Shown here one piece after another: positions 12,510 to 21,831 of a stretch of 32,000 nucleotides of DNA. The stretch is from contig LYOS01000002.1 of the NCBI GenBank assembly GCA_001766815.1, forward strand, positions 120,001-152,000, read 5' to 3'. The translations under genes were made by a program, and so were the position numbers. The stretch comes from Candidatus Syntropharchaeum caldarium (GTDB taxonomy: Archaea; Halobacteriota; Syntropharchaeia; Syntropharchaeales; Syntropharchaeaceae). The notes beneath the pieces are model-generated. The model was given only the letters and a program-made list of their open reading frames with translations, made no database searches and had not been told where the DNA came from. The first letter of the stretch is position 1, and every line of letters begins with the position of its first letter.

Positions 12510-13913
12510 ATGAGACTCGTGATGAAGTTCGGCGGTTCTTCGGTTGCAGATGGCAGGCGTATACACCATGTTGCCGAGATTGTTTCACAACAGCGTTCAC
12601 TTGGGGATGAAATCGTTGTTGTGACATCAGCACTTGGTGGTGTGACAGATAAGTTAATCAGTGTTGCAAATAAGCTCTCCGTGGTTGGGGACGAACTCAA
12701 GATACTTGAGGCACTGATTAAATTGCGAGATCAGCACACACAGGCGGCAATGGATGCGATAAATGATCCCGATATTATCGAACGAGTTGAAGAGGTGATC
12801 GCACTCAGGCTGGACGAACTTGAAAAAGCACTCATCGGAATCTCGCATCTTGGTGAACTCACTCCAAGGACGCTTGATTATATCACCTCCTTTGGGGAAC
12901 GGCTTGCAGCGCCGATCGTTGCAGGTGCGATCACAACGCTTGGATATGAGGCAATCGCCTTTACCGGCGGTGAGATTGGGCTTATAACAGATGAGAATTT
13001 CCAGAATGCAACACCGCTTGAGTATGCTGAGGATAAGATCAGAGAGTTTCTCATACCTGCTCTTGCTCACTGCATACCTGTTGTCACAGGCTTCATCGGT
13101 GAAACCGAAAAAAACGTAATCACAACGCTTGGCAGGGGTGGATCTGACTACAGCGCCACTATAATCGGCTCTTCCATCGATGCAGATGAGATCTGGTTAT
13201 GGAAGGATACAGAGGGGATTATGAGCGCAGATCCAAAGCTGGTGCCCAATGCTAAAAAGATCCCCGTCCTCGCATATATAGAAGCAATGGAACTTTCCTA
13301 CTTCGGGGCAGAGGTGCTTCATTCAATGTCAATGGAGCCTGTAATCCGAAAAAAGATACCTTTAAGAGTTAAAAATACTTTCAAACCTGAGGATTCAGGA
13401 ACGCTCGTCATCGAAGAACCAGAAAAGATTGATGATGTGGTGAAGGCGATAACCGTTATCCGTGACTGTGCACTCATAAATATAAGCGGATTTGGGATGG
13501 TTGGAACACCAGGGGTTGCAGCAGAGGTCTTTGGAGCACTGGCACGAAAGAATGTTAATATCATGATGATCAGTCAGGGCTCATCCGAACGTGCAATCTC
13601 GATCCTCGTGAGAGAGAGCGATTTAAAAAAAGCAAAATCAGCGCTTAAATCCTGTTTTCCCAATATTAAAAAGGAGATAACCTTACGTGATGATGTTGCA
13701 GCGGTTGCCATCGTTGGTGCAGGTATGGCTGGAACACCAGGGGTTGCAGGACGCATATTTTCAGCACTTGGATCAAATAAAATCAATGTGATCATGATCA
13801 GTCAGGGCTCATCCGAGTATAACATCTCGATGGTTATCAAGGACTCGGATATTGAGCGTGCGGTACAGGCAATACATGATGAATTCAAACTTGGAGAGAG
13901 TGGGGATGCTTAG
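12510..13913 (+). CDS. lysC: Aspartate kinase with tandem ACT domains
   Basis: N-terminus MRLVMKFGGSSV, GRGGSDYSA, and duplicated ACT-region blocks (NVNIMMISQGSSE and KINVIMISQGSSE). The track ORF start at 12375 overlaps secG and adds a non-homologous leader, so ATG 12510 was chosen. TTTTTATAT lies at 12474-12482. Confidence 0.92.
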   Translation: MRLVMKFGGSSVADGRRIHHVAEIVSQQRSLGDEIVVVTSALGGVTDKLISVANKLSVVGDELKILEALIKLRDQHTQAAMDAINDPDIIERVEEVIALRLDELEKALIGISHLGELTPRTLDYITSFGERLAAPIVAGAITTLGYEAIAFTGGEIGLITDENFQNATPLEYAEDKIREFLIPALAHCIPVVTGFIGETEKNVITTLGRGGSDYSATIIGSSIDADEIWLWKDTEGIMSADPKLVPNAKKIPVLAYIEAMELSYFGAEVLHSMSMEPVIRKKIPLRVKNTFKPEDSGTLVIEEPEKIDDVVKAITVIRDCALINISGFGMVGTPGVAAEVFGALARKNVNIMMISQGSSERAISILVRESDLKKAKSALKSCFPNIKKEITLRDDVAAVAIVGAGMAGTPGVAGRIFSALGSNKINVIMISQGSSEYNISMVIKDSDIERAVQAIHDEFKLGESGDA

Positions 13914-14622
13914 AATCACCCGTGAGGACCTCCGCGACAGGTATGCGCTTGTGCTTGGTGGAGGCAAGTTTGGTACGATTGCGGCGCGATACCTTGTGGA
14001 TGCCGGGGCAGAGGTTACCGTTGTTGATCGAGATCCTAATTGTGAAGCATCCAGGCTTACAGCGTCTCGGGCTGTCAATTTCGTCTGTAGGGATGCACTC
14101 AGTTTCTTTGAGCAATCCATCAAAGATAGAACCCCTTTCATCGTTGTAACTGCGATAACAAAACATTTTGCGGGGATATATGCCGAGAAACTACTCCAGA
14201 AAGGGCACAGGGTATTCCATGATATATCCTGCCTGGAGGAGCAATTCACTAAAGTTACAGAGGAGATCGATTACGGTGTCTTTGAAGAGTATGGAATTGC
14301 AACAGCAAGCTATATGCCGTTCGGGATGGTCTGCCCTGATGATTGTTATCCAGGTAAGCTCTGCACAGTCACTGGAAAAGCGCGTGGCAGGCCCATGTAT
14401 GAGATACTTGCTGATGTTATGGGCGTTCTCGATCTTGCGGTTGTGCTCCCAAGCTATCAACTCGGTAGAGGGGTTGGGGGTGTAATGGGTGAAGATCTGA
14501 TAAGAATGCGAGATCAGTTTGAACATTTTGATGAGGGCAACTGTGGTGTTGCAACCGCATGTCTATGTCACGGCGTCATCAATGCATTTAGGGTTGAAAG
14601 AAGGGGCAAGGAGGTGTCCTAA
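13906..14622 (+). CDS. Rossmann-fold NAD(P)-binding protein with Cys-rich C-terminal half, function unknown
   Basis: ATG 13906 overlaps the aspartokinase stop by 8 nt (ATGCTTAG). Dinucleotide-binding pattern YALVLGGGKFGTIAARYLVDAGAEVTVVDRD. Cys clusters follow: CPDDCYPGKLC and GNCGVATACLCHG. Confidence 0.7.
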   Translation: MLRITREDLRDRYALVLGGGKFGTIAARYLVDAGAEVTVVDRDPNCEASRLTASRAVNFVCRDALSFFEQSIKDRTPFIVVTAITKHFAGIYAEKLLQKGHRVFHDISCLEEQFTKVTEEIDYGVFEEYGIATASYMPFGMVCPDDCYPGKLCTVTGKARGRPMYEILADVMGVLDLAVVLPSYQLGRGVGGVMGEDLIRMRDQFEHFDEGNCGVATACLCHGVINAFRVERRGKEVS

Positions 14623-14637
14623 ATTCATTTAGAAGAT

Positions 14638-15087
14638 GTGATTAAGATCCCACTTGGTGAGGTGATGAATGATAACCCACCCGTCATCGACGAAAGCCTT
14701 ACGCTCCACGAACTTGTCGACACAATGCTAAAGATACAGAGTGATCATGTCTGGGTCATTGAGGATCATTCGAGCATGAGACTTCTTGGTATAATCACCG
14801 AGTTTGACTTTCTGCGAGCGATGCGAAAGCCTGGAACCGGCCAGGAAATTGGATGGGATCTTCTTGGCCTCAAATCGATCCGTTACCACACCGTCCATGA
14901 AGCACGGGATCTGATGGTATCAAACCCTATCACCGCCACCAGATCCACCGAAATCGAAAAGGGCATTGAACTCATGATCCGCAACAATGTCAGGCATCTC
15001 GCGATCGTTGATGATGACCGACTCGTGGGCGAGTTCACGGTCTGCAGATTGATCAGGTTGATAAGGGCACATCTGCCGGAGGATTGA
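14638..15087 (+). CDS. CBS-domain pair protein
   Basis: 149-aa ORF with GTG start and two CBS-like repeats (...VWVIEDHSSMRLLGIITEFDFLRA... and ...VRHLAIVDDDRLVGEFTVCRLIR...). The stop is directly followed by the antiporter ATG (TGAATG). Confidence 0.8.
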   Translation: MIKIPLGEVMNDNPPVIDESLTLHELVDTMLKIQSDHVWVIEDHSSMRLLGIITEFDFLRAMRKPGTGQEIGWDLLGLKSIRYHTVHEARDLMVSNPITATRSTEIEKGIELMIRNNVRHLAIVDDDRLVGEFTVCRLIRLIRAHLPED

Positions 15088-16284
15088 ATGGCAGAGGTTA
15101 CACTTCTTCTTGAACTCGGGCTTGCTCTACTCCTTGCCAAGCTATTTGGCGAGGTATTTGAGCGCATGGGACAGCCTGCAGTGATCGGTGAGATACTTGC
15201 AGGTGTCATTCTCGGGGGAGAGGTGCTTGGTGGATATCTCGGGATAGACCTGCTTTCTGAGCCGTTCAAGGCATTTGCAGATGTTGGTGTGATGATTCTC
15301 CTGTTTCTCTCGGGAACAGAAGTTGAGTTTGCGGAGCTTAAAAAAAGTGGAAAACTCTCATCAGCTGTTGCATTCGGTGGCATAACAATACCGTTCATTG
15401 GTGGATATGCTGTGATGATCCTCTTCGGATATGGGTACATGGAGGCGCTGCTGGTCGGCGCAACCTTAACAGCAACGAGTGTTGGAGTTACAGCCCGTAT
15501 TTTGATGGATGTTGGAGGTCTCAACACCCGGGCTGGAACGAGCATACTTGGCGCGGCAGTGATCGATGATGTGCTCGGCATCATCATACTTGCGATCATA
15601 TCTGGTATTGCAGTGGTCGGTGCAGTTGAACTCAATAGTCTACTCGTTCTTGCGGTTAAGATTATCATATTCTTCATTATCACGTTATACCTCGGTCTCA
15701 AGGTCATCGGCAAGGTTGCAGAGATTGAGAACCGCATGATCTCTGCAAAGGCGTTTCTTGCACTATCACTCTCACTCGGCTTTATATTCGGGGTGCTCGC
15801 AGAAGAGATGCAGATTGCAGCGATTACCGGGGCCTTTGTCGCAGGACTGATCGTTGGGGAGACGCCGTATAAAAAATTAATCAGTGAAGATGTGAAGGTG
15901 CTCGGCTACGGCTTCTTCATACCGCTCTTCTTTGTATTCACAGGCGCCTGGATCGATTTTTCATCATTTACAAGTGCAGGAGGGGTGATAATTGCAGCGC
16001 TCATCGTTGCGATAGTCGGGAAGCTCATTGGCTGTGGAATCCCTGCACTGCTTATGAAGTCATCAAAACTCGAATCGACGATAATCGCTATCGGAATGAT
16101 TCCAAGGATGGAGATGGGACTGATCATCGCTGCAATCGGAGTTAATCTTGGGATGGCGGGCGATCCTGCTGGAATCGTTGCAAAGGAGACGCTATCGCTC
16201 GCCGTCGTGGTCTCGATCGTTACAGGACTTATACCACTATTCTTTTTGAAAGGACTCATTGAGCGGTATGTTCAGGATGTTTGA
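15088..16284 (+). CDS. Cation:proton antiporter (CPA2/Kef-NapA type)
   Basis: 398-aa polytopic membrane protein. N-terminus LLLELGLALLLAKLFGEVFERMGQPAVIGEILAGVILG is typical of Na+(K+)/H+ exchanger family proteins. Confidence 0.88.
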   Translation: MAEVTLLLELGLALLLAKLFGEVFERMGQPAVIGEILAGVILGGEVLGGYLGIDLLSEPFKAFADVGVMILLFLSGTEVEFAELKKSGKLSSAVAFGGITIPFIGGYAVMILFGYGYMEALLVGATLTATSVGVTARILMDVGGLNTRAGTSILGAAVIDDVLGIIILAIISGIAVVGAVELNSLLVLAVKIIIFFIITLYLGLKVIGKVAEIENRMISAKAFLALSLSLGFIFGVLAEEMQIAAITGAFVAGLIVGETPYKKLISEDVKVLGYGFFIPLFFVFTGAWIDFSSFTSAGGVIIAALIVAIVGKLIGCGIPALLMKSSKLESTIIAIGMIPRMEMGLIIAAIGVNLGMAGDPAGIVAKETLSLAVVVSIVTGLIPLFFLKGLIERYVQDV

Positions 16285-18979
16285 AAAATCGCTTCATGAG
16301 GAACTTCTCTATCTCAATCACGAAGAGTCCAGAGAGTGCGAGCAGAATTATGGGTATCCACCACGCTGCAGGGAAGGCTGCTGTCCTGAATATGGTCTGG
16401 AGAACGGGGATATAGATTATCATAAGCAGTGTGATGAGCGTTACCGCAACACCTATTGGCACCCACCTGTTTGATAGCGGACTGAAAGTAAATACAGACT
16501 CCGTTATCGATCTGGCAGTAAAGAGATAAAAGATGTGTACCATTGTTACAGTCGCAAACGCTGCTGTCTGCGCCTGACTCAGCAGGAGCTCATCCATCGA
16601 ATCAGAGAGTGCGGGCGATCCATAGTGGTAATATACCATGAACCCTGCAGATGCCATGACCAGCGAGACCAGCCCGACCTTCCTGAAAAAGAGGCGATCT
16701 GCTATCTTCTCATCAGGATCGCGTGGCGGTCTTTCGAGTAATCCTTTCTCAGTGGGCTCCCTGATCAAAGGCAGAGCAAGGAATACCGCGTCAGCCAGAT
16801 TTATCCAGAGGATGTGTATCGGCTCAAGCGGGAGGCGGAGTGCAAAAAGTGGTATGAACGGTAACATCGCTATGGCCCCCATTATCAATAAAGCCTGCCC
16901 CCCGTTTGTGGGAAGTGTATACAGGATGATCTTGCGGATATTCTCAAAGATATACCTACCCTCCTCCACCGCCGCCACGATGCTCGCGAAGTTATCATCA
17001 GCCAGAACCATATCAGCGGCTTCCTTGCTTACCTCGGTTCCTGTTATTCCCATGGCTATACCGATATCGGCTGCCTTCAGGGCAGGAGCATCGTTCACGC
17101 CATCGCCGGTGACCGCTACGATATGCCCCTTTTTCTGCAACTGTGTTGTTATTCTGAACTTGTGCTCAGGTGCAACCCTTGCATAAACAGAGATCTCCTC
17201 TACAATTTCATATAGCTCATCATCACTCATCCCAGATAGCTCTTCTCCTGTCAGGACCCTCTCAGTATCCGTCCCGATCCCTATCTCTCTTGCGATGGCT
17301 TTTGCTGTCTGGACATGGTCGCCTGTCATCATCACCACCCGTATACCTGCTTGCTTGCATCTGGCGACCGCCTCTATCGCCTCTTCTCTTGGTGGATCTA
17401 TCATCCCCTGAAGTCCGAGGAAGGTCAGTCCTTCCAGATCATCGTTCCTGATTGTTCTGATCTCCCTGGATACAGTCTTACAGGCAAAACCAAGCACCCT
17501 CAATGCATCTCCTGCAAGTTCGTGTGCCTTCGCCAGTACAGTTTCACTGCTGAGAGATTCAGTTCTACCACCGATCAACTGGTTCTGACACATCCTTAAA
17601 ATCCGTTCGGGCGAGCCCTTCACGTAGATGATATTTTCTTCCTCACCCTGGTGGAGGGTTGCCATGTACTGTTTTTCAGACTCGAATGGGATCCTGTCGA
17701 GTTCTGGAAGGGTTTCGTCAAGACCTGCCTTGCGTGCAGCGACCAGTAAAGCACCTTCAGTGGGGTCTCCGTTGACGATATACCCTGTCTCATCCTTCAA
17801 TAGGGTTGCGTTGTTGCAGAGATAACCTGCTTTCAGCGTCTCAATCAGCTCTTTTTCCTCCGTGGCGGGATCGATCTTCTTACCTTCAAGAATAAACTCA
17901 CCTACGGGTTCATACCCAACCCCGCTCACATGGTAATCTTTTCTTCCGCAATACACCCTCACAACGGTCATCTGATTCCGTGTGAGCGTGCCTGTTTTAT
18001 CTGAGCATATAACTGTGGTACACCCCAGTGCTTCTGCCGCCGGCAGTTTCTTTATAAGTGCGTTTTTGTGCGCCATGGCTGTTACGCCAAATGCCAGTGT
18101 TATCGTCAATATAGCAGGCAACCCCTCTGGTATCGCCGCCACCGCCAGCGAGACCGAAGCCATGAAAGAATACACGAAGGAGAATCCAAATACCACTCCC
18201 ACAATAAAATTGATGGCAGCAATCATCAGAATAATGACGATAATGGCTCTGGTGAACTCATTTATCTTTCTCATCAGTGGTGTGGTGATCTCGTGGGTCT
18301 CTTTCATGATCTCAGCGATTTTACCAAGCTCTGTCTTTTCTCCTGTGGCTACAACGATTCCTCGCCCATAGCCTCGTGTGATGAACGTGCCACTGAATAC
18401 CATGCAGCGTTGATCCGCCGGGGTCAGATCAGACACAGGTATGGGTTCAACATTCTTCTCCACCTGGACCGATTCACCTGTAAGCGCAGCTTCGTCAGCA
18501 GCAATGTTTTTTGCATAGAATAGACGCAGATCTGCTGGCACTCTGTCACCACCTTCAAGCAGAACCACATCGCCTGGAACCAGTTCACGTGCCTGTATCG
18601 TACACCTTTTGCCATCTCTCAGCACGGTACACTCTGGCACCATCATATTTTTCAGCGCCTCTATAGAAGATTCCGCCTTTCCCTCCTGGAGAAATCCTAT
18701 GATCGTATTTGCAATGACAACCCCGATGATAACCGCTGTATCTATCCAGTGACCCAGAAACCCGGTAACAAGTGCAGCGAGAAGTAAAACATATATTAAT
18801 GCGTTGTGGAACTGCCGCAGAAATCTAACGAGCGGGCTAACTCCCCTGAACTTCAGTTCGTTATATCCATATTTTTTGAGACGTGATTCCACCTCACTTC
18901 TGGTAAGACCGTTACTGCTCGATCCCAGAGCTTCAAAAACCTCTTCCACCCTCAGGTGGTACCATTCAGTTTGGCTCAA
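16256..18979 (-). CDS. P-type cation-transporting ATPase (type II, Ca2+/Mg2+-like)
   Basis: 907 aa with TGES, phosphorylation site CSDKTGTLT, MTGDH and hinge VTGDGVNDAPALKAADIGIAMG, plus about 10 TM segments. Confidence 0.95.
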   Translation of the reverse strand: MSQTEWYHLRVEEVFEALGSSSNGLTRSEVESRLKKYGYNELKFRGVSPLVRFLRQFHNALIYVLLLAALVTGFLGHWIDTAVIIGVVIANTIIGFLQEGKAESSIEALKNMMVPECTVLRDGKRCTIQARELVPGDVVLLEGGDRVPADLRLFYAKNIAADEAALTGESVQVEKNVEPIPVSDLTPADQRCMVFSGTFITRGYGRGIVVATGEKTELGKIAEIMKETHEITTPLMRKINEFTRAIIVIILMIAAINFIVGVVFGFSFVYSFMASVSLAVAAIPEGLPAILTITLAFGVTAMAHKNALIKKLPAAEALGCTTVICSDKTGTLTRNQMTVVRVYCGRKDYHVSGVGYEPVGEFILEGKKIDPATEEKELIETLKAGYLCNNATLLKDETGYIVNGDPTEGALLVAARKAGLDETLPELDRIPFESEKQYMATLHQGEEENIIYVKGSPERILRMCQNQLIGGRTESLSSETVLAKAHELAGDALRVLGFACKTVSREIRTIRNDDLEGLTFLGLQGMIDPPREEAIEAVARCKQAGIRVVMMTGDHVQTAKAIAREIGIGTDTERVLTGEELSGMSDDELYEIVEEISVYARVAPEHKFRITTQLQKKGHIVAVTGDGVNDAPALKAADIGIAMGITGTEVSKEAADMVLADDNFASIVAAVEEGRYIFENIRKIILYTLPTNGGQALLIMGAIAMLPFIPLFALRLPLEPIHILWINLADAVFLALPLIREPTEKGLLERPPRDPDEKIADRLFFRKVGLVSLVMASAGFMVYYHYGSPALSDSMDELLLSQAQTAAFATVTMVHIFYLFTARSITESVFTFSPLSNRWVPIGVAVTLITLLMIIYIPVLQTIFRTAAFPAAWWIPIILLALSGLFVIEIEKFLMKRFFKHPEHTAQ

Positions 18980-19049
18980 TTAATAATACACTTCCTCTTT
19001 TTATTCTTATAGATACTCTTAAGATTTAAATCAAATAGGTGGAACCGAA

Positions 19050-19505
19050 ATGTTTGCACTTGATATCGGATGCGGAGAGAATATAGAGCCTGCACTCGAA
19101 CTTGCTCGGGATGGCTACATCGTGGTGGCGGTCGAGAATAACCCGTATGTTGTGAAAGATTACAAAAAAAGGCTTGATAATTCTGAAAGTGAGAACAGAA
19201 CATGCGTCAGTCCAATCATTGCAGATGCAAGATTTTTACCCTTCAAAGAAGAGTCTTTCAATCTCATAATCGCTTATTATGCCTTTGACTGGATCTCGAT
19301 ACTTGGTGAGCCAGCAGATATTAATCTGGCATCAGATGAAGCAAAAAGAGTATTGAAAGAGGGGTGTAAGCTGGTTGTACACGAGTACTGGGAACAGGGA
19401 GGTCTTAAAAGAAAAGAAGCACTCGGATTGGCAGGTTTCACAGTTAAATATGAGGATGAGGATAATGACGAGGTTGTGCTCATCGCGGTGAAACAGAAGA
19501 GGTAG
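19050..19505 (+). CDS. Class I SAM-dependent methyltransferase (short, 151 aa)
   Basis: Motif I ALDIGCGEN lies almost at the N-terminus, with later IIADARFLPF and FNLIIAYYAF motifs. AGGTGG lies 7 nt upstream of the ATG. Confidence 0.75.
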   Translation: MFALDIGCGENIEPALELARDGYIVVAVENNPYVVKDYKKRLDNSESENRTCVSPIIADARFLPFKEESFNLIIAYYAFDWISILGEPADINLASDEAKRVLKEGCKLVVHEYWEQGGLKRKEALGLAGFTVKYEDEDNDEVVLIAVKQKR

Positions 19506-19509
19506 GGGA

Positions 19510-19616
19510 TAGGATGGAACTCAGATGGATCGCAAGAAAATTAGTTGGTTAATATTTCGTAGGAGGTGAAACAAACCATGCTAAGTAGGAGGTGTGCTTA
19601 CGATCCGTCCATCCTA
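19510..19616 (+). repeat. Imperfect long-range inverted repeat in a convergent intergenic spacer, enclosing two anti-16S-tail (SD-like) motifs
   Basis: 19510-19518 TAGGATGGA pairs with 19608-19616 TCCATCCTA (9 bp). 19527-19532 GGATCG pairs with 19601-19606 CGATCC (6 bp). 19534-19536 pairs with 19597-19599 (3 bp). The interior carries AGGAGGTGA (19561-19569) and AGGAGGTG (19587-19594). Confidence 0.5.
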
Positions 19617-19642
19617 CAGAGATGCCTATTACATCTTGGTAT

Positions 19643-20257
19643 TTAAAAGCTTCGTTTTTTAACGCTACCCTGTTTCAGGTATCGCCCGATCAGGAGCCCA
19701 CCTAAAAGTCCGCTCAGGTGTGCTGTATGTGCAATCATATCACCCGAGCCACTCATCAGTATATCAAACGCTGCAAGAAGGACAACCGCGTGTGTGATCT
19801 TCATCGGGAGGAAGTAGACGAATATCAACATATCAGGCTCAAGGATTACAAGCGTACCCAGAACCCCGTATAGCGCCCCACTGGCACCGAGAACAGCCGA
19901 ATCTGGAGAGGTCAGCACGTGCCCGAGCCCACCTAAAAGTCCACAGAATAGAAATATGAATAAGAACTTATCGCTTCCAACCCGCCGCTCAAGCACAGGC
20001 CCAAAGAAGAAGAGAAAGAGCATATTGAAGAATAGGTGTCCCATATTCCCATGTAGAAAAATGTGGGTTACAAGTGTCCATGGACGTGCATAGAGGTTTG
20101 AACCACTCAAGACAAAGTAATATGTGAAAGGATGGATGAGTGTCTGCAGAAAGAAAACAATAACACAGATCCCGATTAAGTACAGCGTATAGTTTTTATT
20201 CCGAACGTAGTAGCGAAAAGGTTCGTAGTACTGTTCACCACCTGATCTCTGTCTCAT
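19643..20257 (-). CDS. Rhomboid-family intramembrane serine protease
   Basis: 204 aa and polytopic, with HIFLHGNMGHLFFNM, catalytic-Ser motif GASGALYG and catalytic-His motif AHLSGLLGG. Confidence 0.9.
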   Translation of the reverse strand: MRQRSGGEQYYEPFRYYVRNKNYTLYLIGICVIVFFLQTLIHPFTYYFVLSGSNLYARPWTLVTHIFLHGNMGHLFFNMLFLFFFGPVLERRVGSDKFLFIFLFCGLLGGLGHVLTSPDSAVLGASGALYGVLGTLVILEPDMLIFVYFLPMKITHAVVLLAAFDILMSGSGDMIAHTAHLSGLLGGLLIGRYLKQGSVKKRSF

Positions 20258-20260
20258 AGT

Positions 20261-20839
20261 TCACGGCTCTCCTTCTCTTTCCCGATTCTCCGGAGTAATT
20301 TCAATATCAAATCTTTTCTTTACCCAATCCCTGATGATCTCTCCTGCCTTCTCTGGTGTGATCTCGACTGTGTTTATCACAACCTCAGGATTCTCTGGAG
20401 CTTCATACTTTACATTAATACCAGGAACATTTGCACCAGGTAACTTCGATTTGTCATAGATCCCTTTTGGTGAATATTTCGCATCACGCTCTGCCTCCTG
20501 TTTTATACAGCGATCAATCGGGGTTTCTATGTAAACTTCAATAAAGTTCGGGATCAAGCCTCTTGCAAAATCTCGATATGACCTCCTGTTGGCTGTTGCA
20601 TCTATTATAACATTTATTCCATGATCATAGAGGAGTTTTGCCATGTAACCAAGACTCCTGTAAACGATCTCCCGTTCCTCCTCTGAGTAGGTTGGCTCTG
20701 GTGTCACGTATCTGCGAATCTCATCAAGTTCAAGTCGTGTGACTGATATCCCATCCGCCTCAAAGCTTTCCTGAACTTTCAGTGAGATTGTTGTCTTACC
20801 CGACCCAGGCAGGCCCGTAATCCAGATTACCCATCCCAT
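20261..20839 (-). CDS. Adenylyl-sulfate (APS) kinase-like P-loop kinase
   Basis: 192 aa with P-loop ITGLPGSGKTT and an APS-kinase-like layout (...LELDEIR..., FIEVYIETPIDRC, VPGINVKYEAPENPEVVI). The stop lies 3 nt from the rhomboid start. Confidence 0.65.
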   Translation of the reverse strand: MGWVIWITGLPGSGKTTISLKVQESFEADGISVTRLELDEIRRYVTPEPTYSEEEREIVYRSLGYMAKLLYDHGINVIIDATANRRSYRDFARGLIPNFIEVYIETPIDRCIKQEAERDAKYSPKGIYDKSKLPGANVPGINVKYEAPENPEVVINTVEITPEKAGEIIRDWVKKRFDIEITPENREREGEP

Positions 20840-21022
20840 ATATCAACCATAGTTTTTGTCTATGGCTAAATAAGTGCTTCTGTTCTCTATCAAACTCATT
20901 TCAAAAGATTCAACACCAGCCAGGGAAGAAATGAGTTTTGTGATAGAGCTTTCGCTATCTTTTTAAGTTTTGTTTCCACACTTCATCACCTGGCCGCACT
21001 TGCCTTACAGATGTACCTCATC

Positions 21023-21502
21023 TTACACTGCGCGCATCCCTTTTTTTCTCCCGAGCTGATTTGCTGCCATTATCACCATGAAACCAGTCAGACTTATTCC
21101 ACCGGGGATTAAAAATTCCCTGTGTAGATAAATCGCAAGTGGAATGGCGATGATTGGAACGATCGTCAACAATCCCCAGGTTAAACCCGCCATTTTCATT
21201 CCAAGTTCATAATTACCCGATTTCTCTTTGAATAAACATGAACTCAATTTACCCCAGCCCGTGCCACAGAACTTGCCGTAGTAATAACAGTGTGTGCAGA
21301 GATGCTTCCTTAAAACGAATCCGAGCATTAAGAACGCAAATAACAGATAAATAATGGAAATTATCGGTAACCCCACAAATCTCAATGCAGACATTCCGTA
21401 AGCTGCAAATCCAAACCAGAGCAATAGCAAAACATTTGTTAAAACAACTGTTGGCTTTGGATAATTCTCCAGCCCATTTTCGTATAGTTTTTGTTTTTTC
21501 AT
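21023..21502 (-). CDS. Hypothetical polytopic membrane protein with a Cys motif
   Basis: 159 aa with four hydrophobic segments and CTHCYYYGKFCGTGWG between TM2 and TM3. No family recognised. Confidence 0.65.
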   Translation of the reverse strand: MKKQKLYENGLENYPKPTVVLTNVLLLLWFGFAAYGMSALRFVGLPIISIIYLLFAFLMLGFVLRKHLCTHCYYYGKFCGTGWGKLSSCLFKEKSGNYELGMKMAGLTWGLLTIVPIIAIPLAIYLHREFLIPGGISLTGFMVIMAANQLGRKKGMRAV

Positions 21503-21831
21503 AGTTCACACTTCCTTTCTATTTTCCATATTATAGGTACATATTAAATAACCATACCTCCGCCAAACTTTCCCATAGATGCCTATTTCAAGTGAGAACC
21601 CCGGGAAAGAGTATTACCTTTTGACAAACGATTCTGATTTTTGAGAGGGTGAAATGGCTCAAGGTCTGTAGGACGTTTCCATGGGGAGAGAGTATGATAA
21701 GACCTGAAGCTATGATGCATCAGCAGAGGAAAATGGGCTTTAAAGATGGTTTGCTTCTGGTTTTTGGAGGGGTCAATTCTGGAATACACGGAGAAGGAAA
21801 GTTTTGAATACCTGAAGGATGTTTATCTTTC

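Noticed and set aside
13809-14249. 146-aa and 93-aa minus-strand ORFs overlapping the aspartokinase 3' end and the Rossmann protein gene
   Set aside because: Both are antisense to two well-supported, translationally coupled plus-strand genes, and have no motifs or start signals.
14883-15737. 284-aa minus-strand ORF antisense to the CBS and antiporter genes
   Set aside because: Its composition is Ser/Thr/Pro/Ala/Ile-rich with no motifs, the usual mirror-frame artefact of a hydrophobic membrane-protein gene. The plus-strand genes have clear family signatures.
16259-18615. Multiple 60-182-aa ORFs inside the P-type ATPase locus, most antisense and one (18424-18615) in another frame of the coding strand
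   Set aside because: The 907-aa minus-strand frame carries every P-type ATPase hallmark. The competing frames have no motifs and no start signals.
19620-19630. 11-nt repeat AGATGCCTATT shared with 21577-21587, considered as a possible att-like or regulatory repeat
   Set aside because: A single 11-mer coincidence is within chance expectation for a 32-kb window on two strands (about 10^9 position pairs against about 4.2 million 11-mers). Neither copy sits at the cassette junctions.
19622-19705. 27-codon ORF downstream of the second AGGAGGTG motif
   Set aside because: The ATG is 27 nt from the SD-like motif, which is too far, and the frame runs antisense through the rhomboid 3' end.
21700-21730. 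C-box-like ATGATGC, considered as a C/D box sRNA in the 330-nt spacer
   Set aside because: It is not an exact RUGAUGA. No CUGA D or D' box lies at the appropriate distance downstream, and there is no terminal stem.
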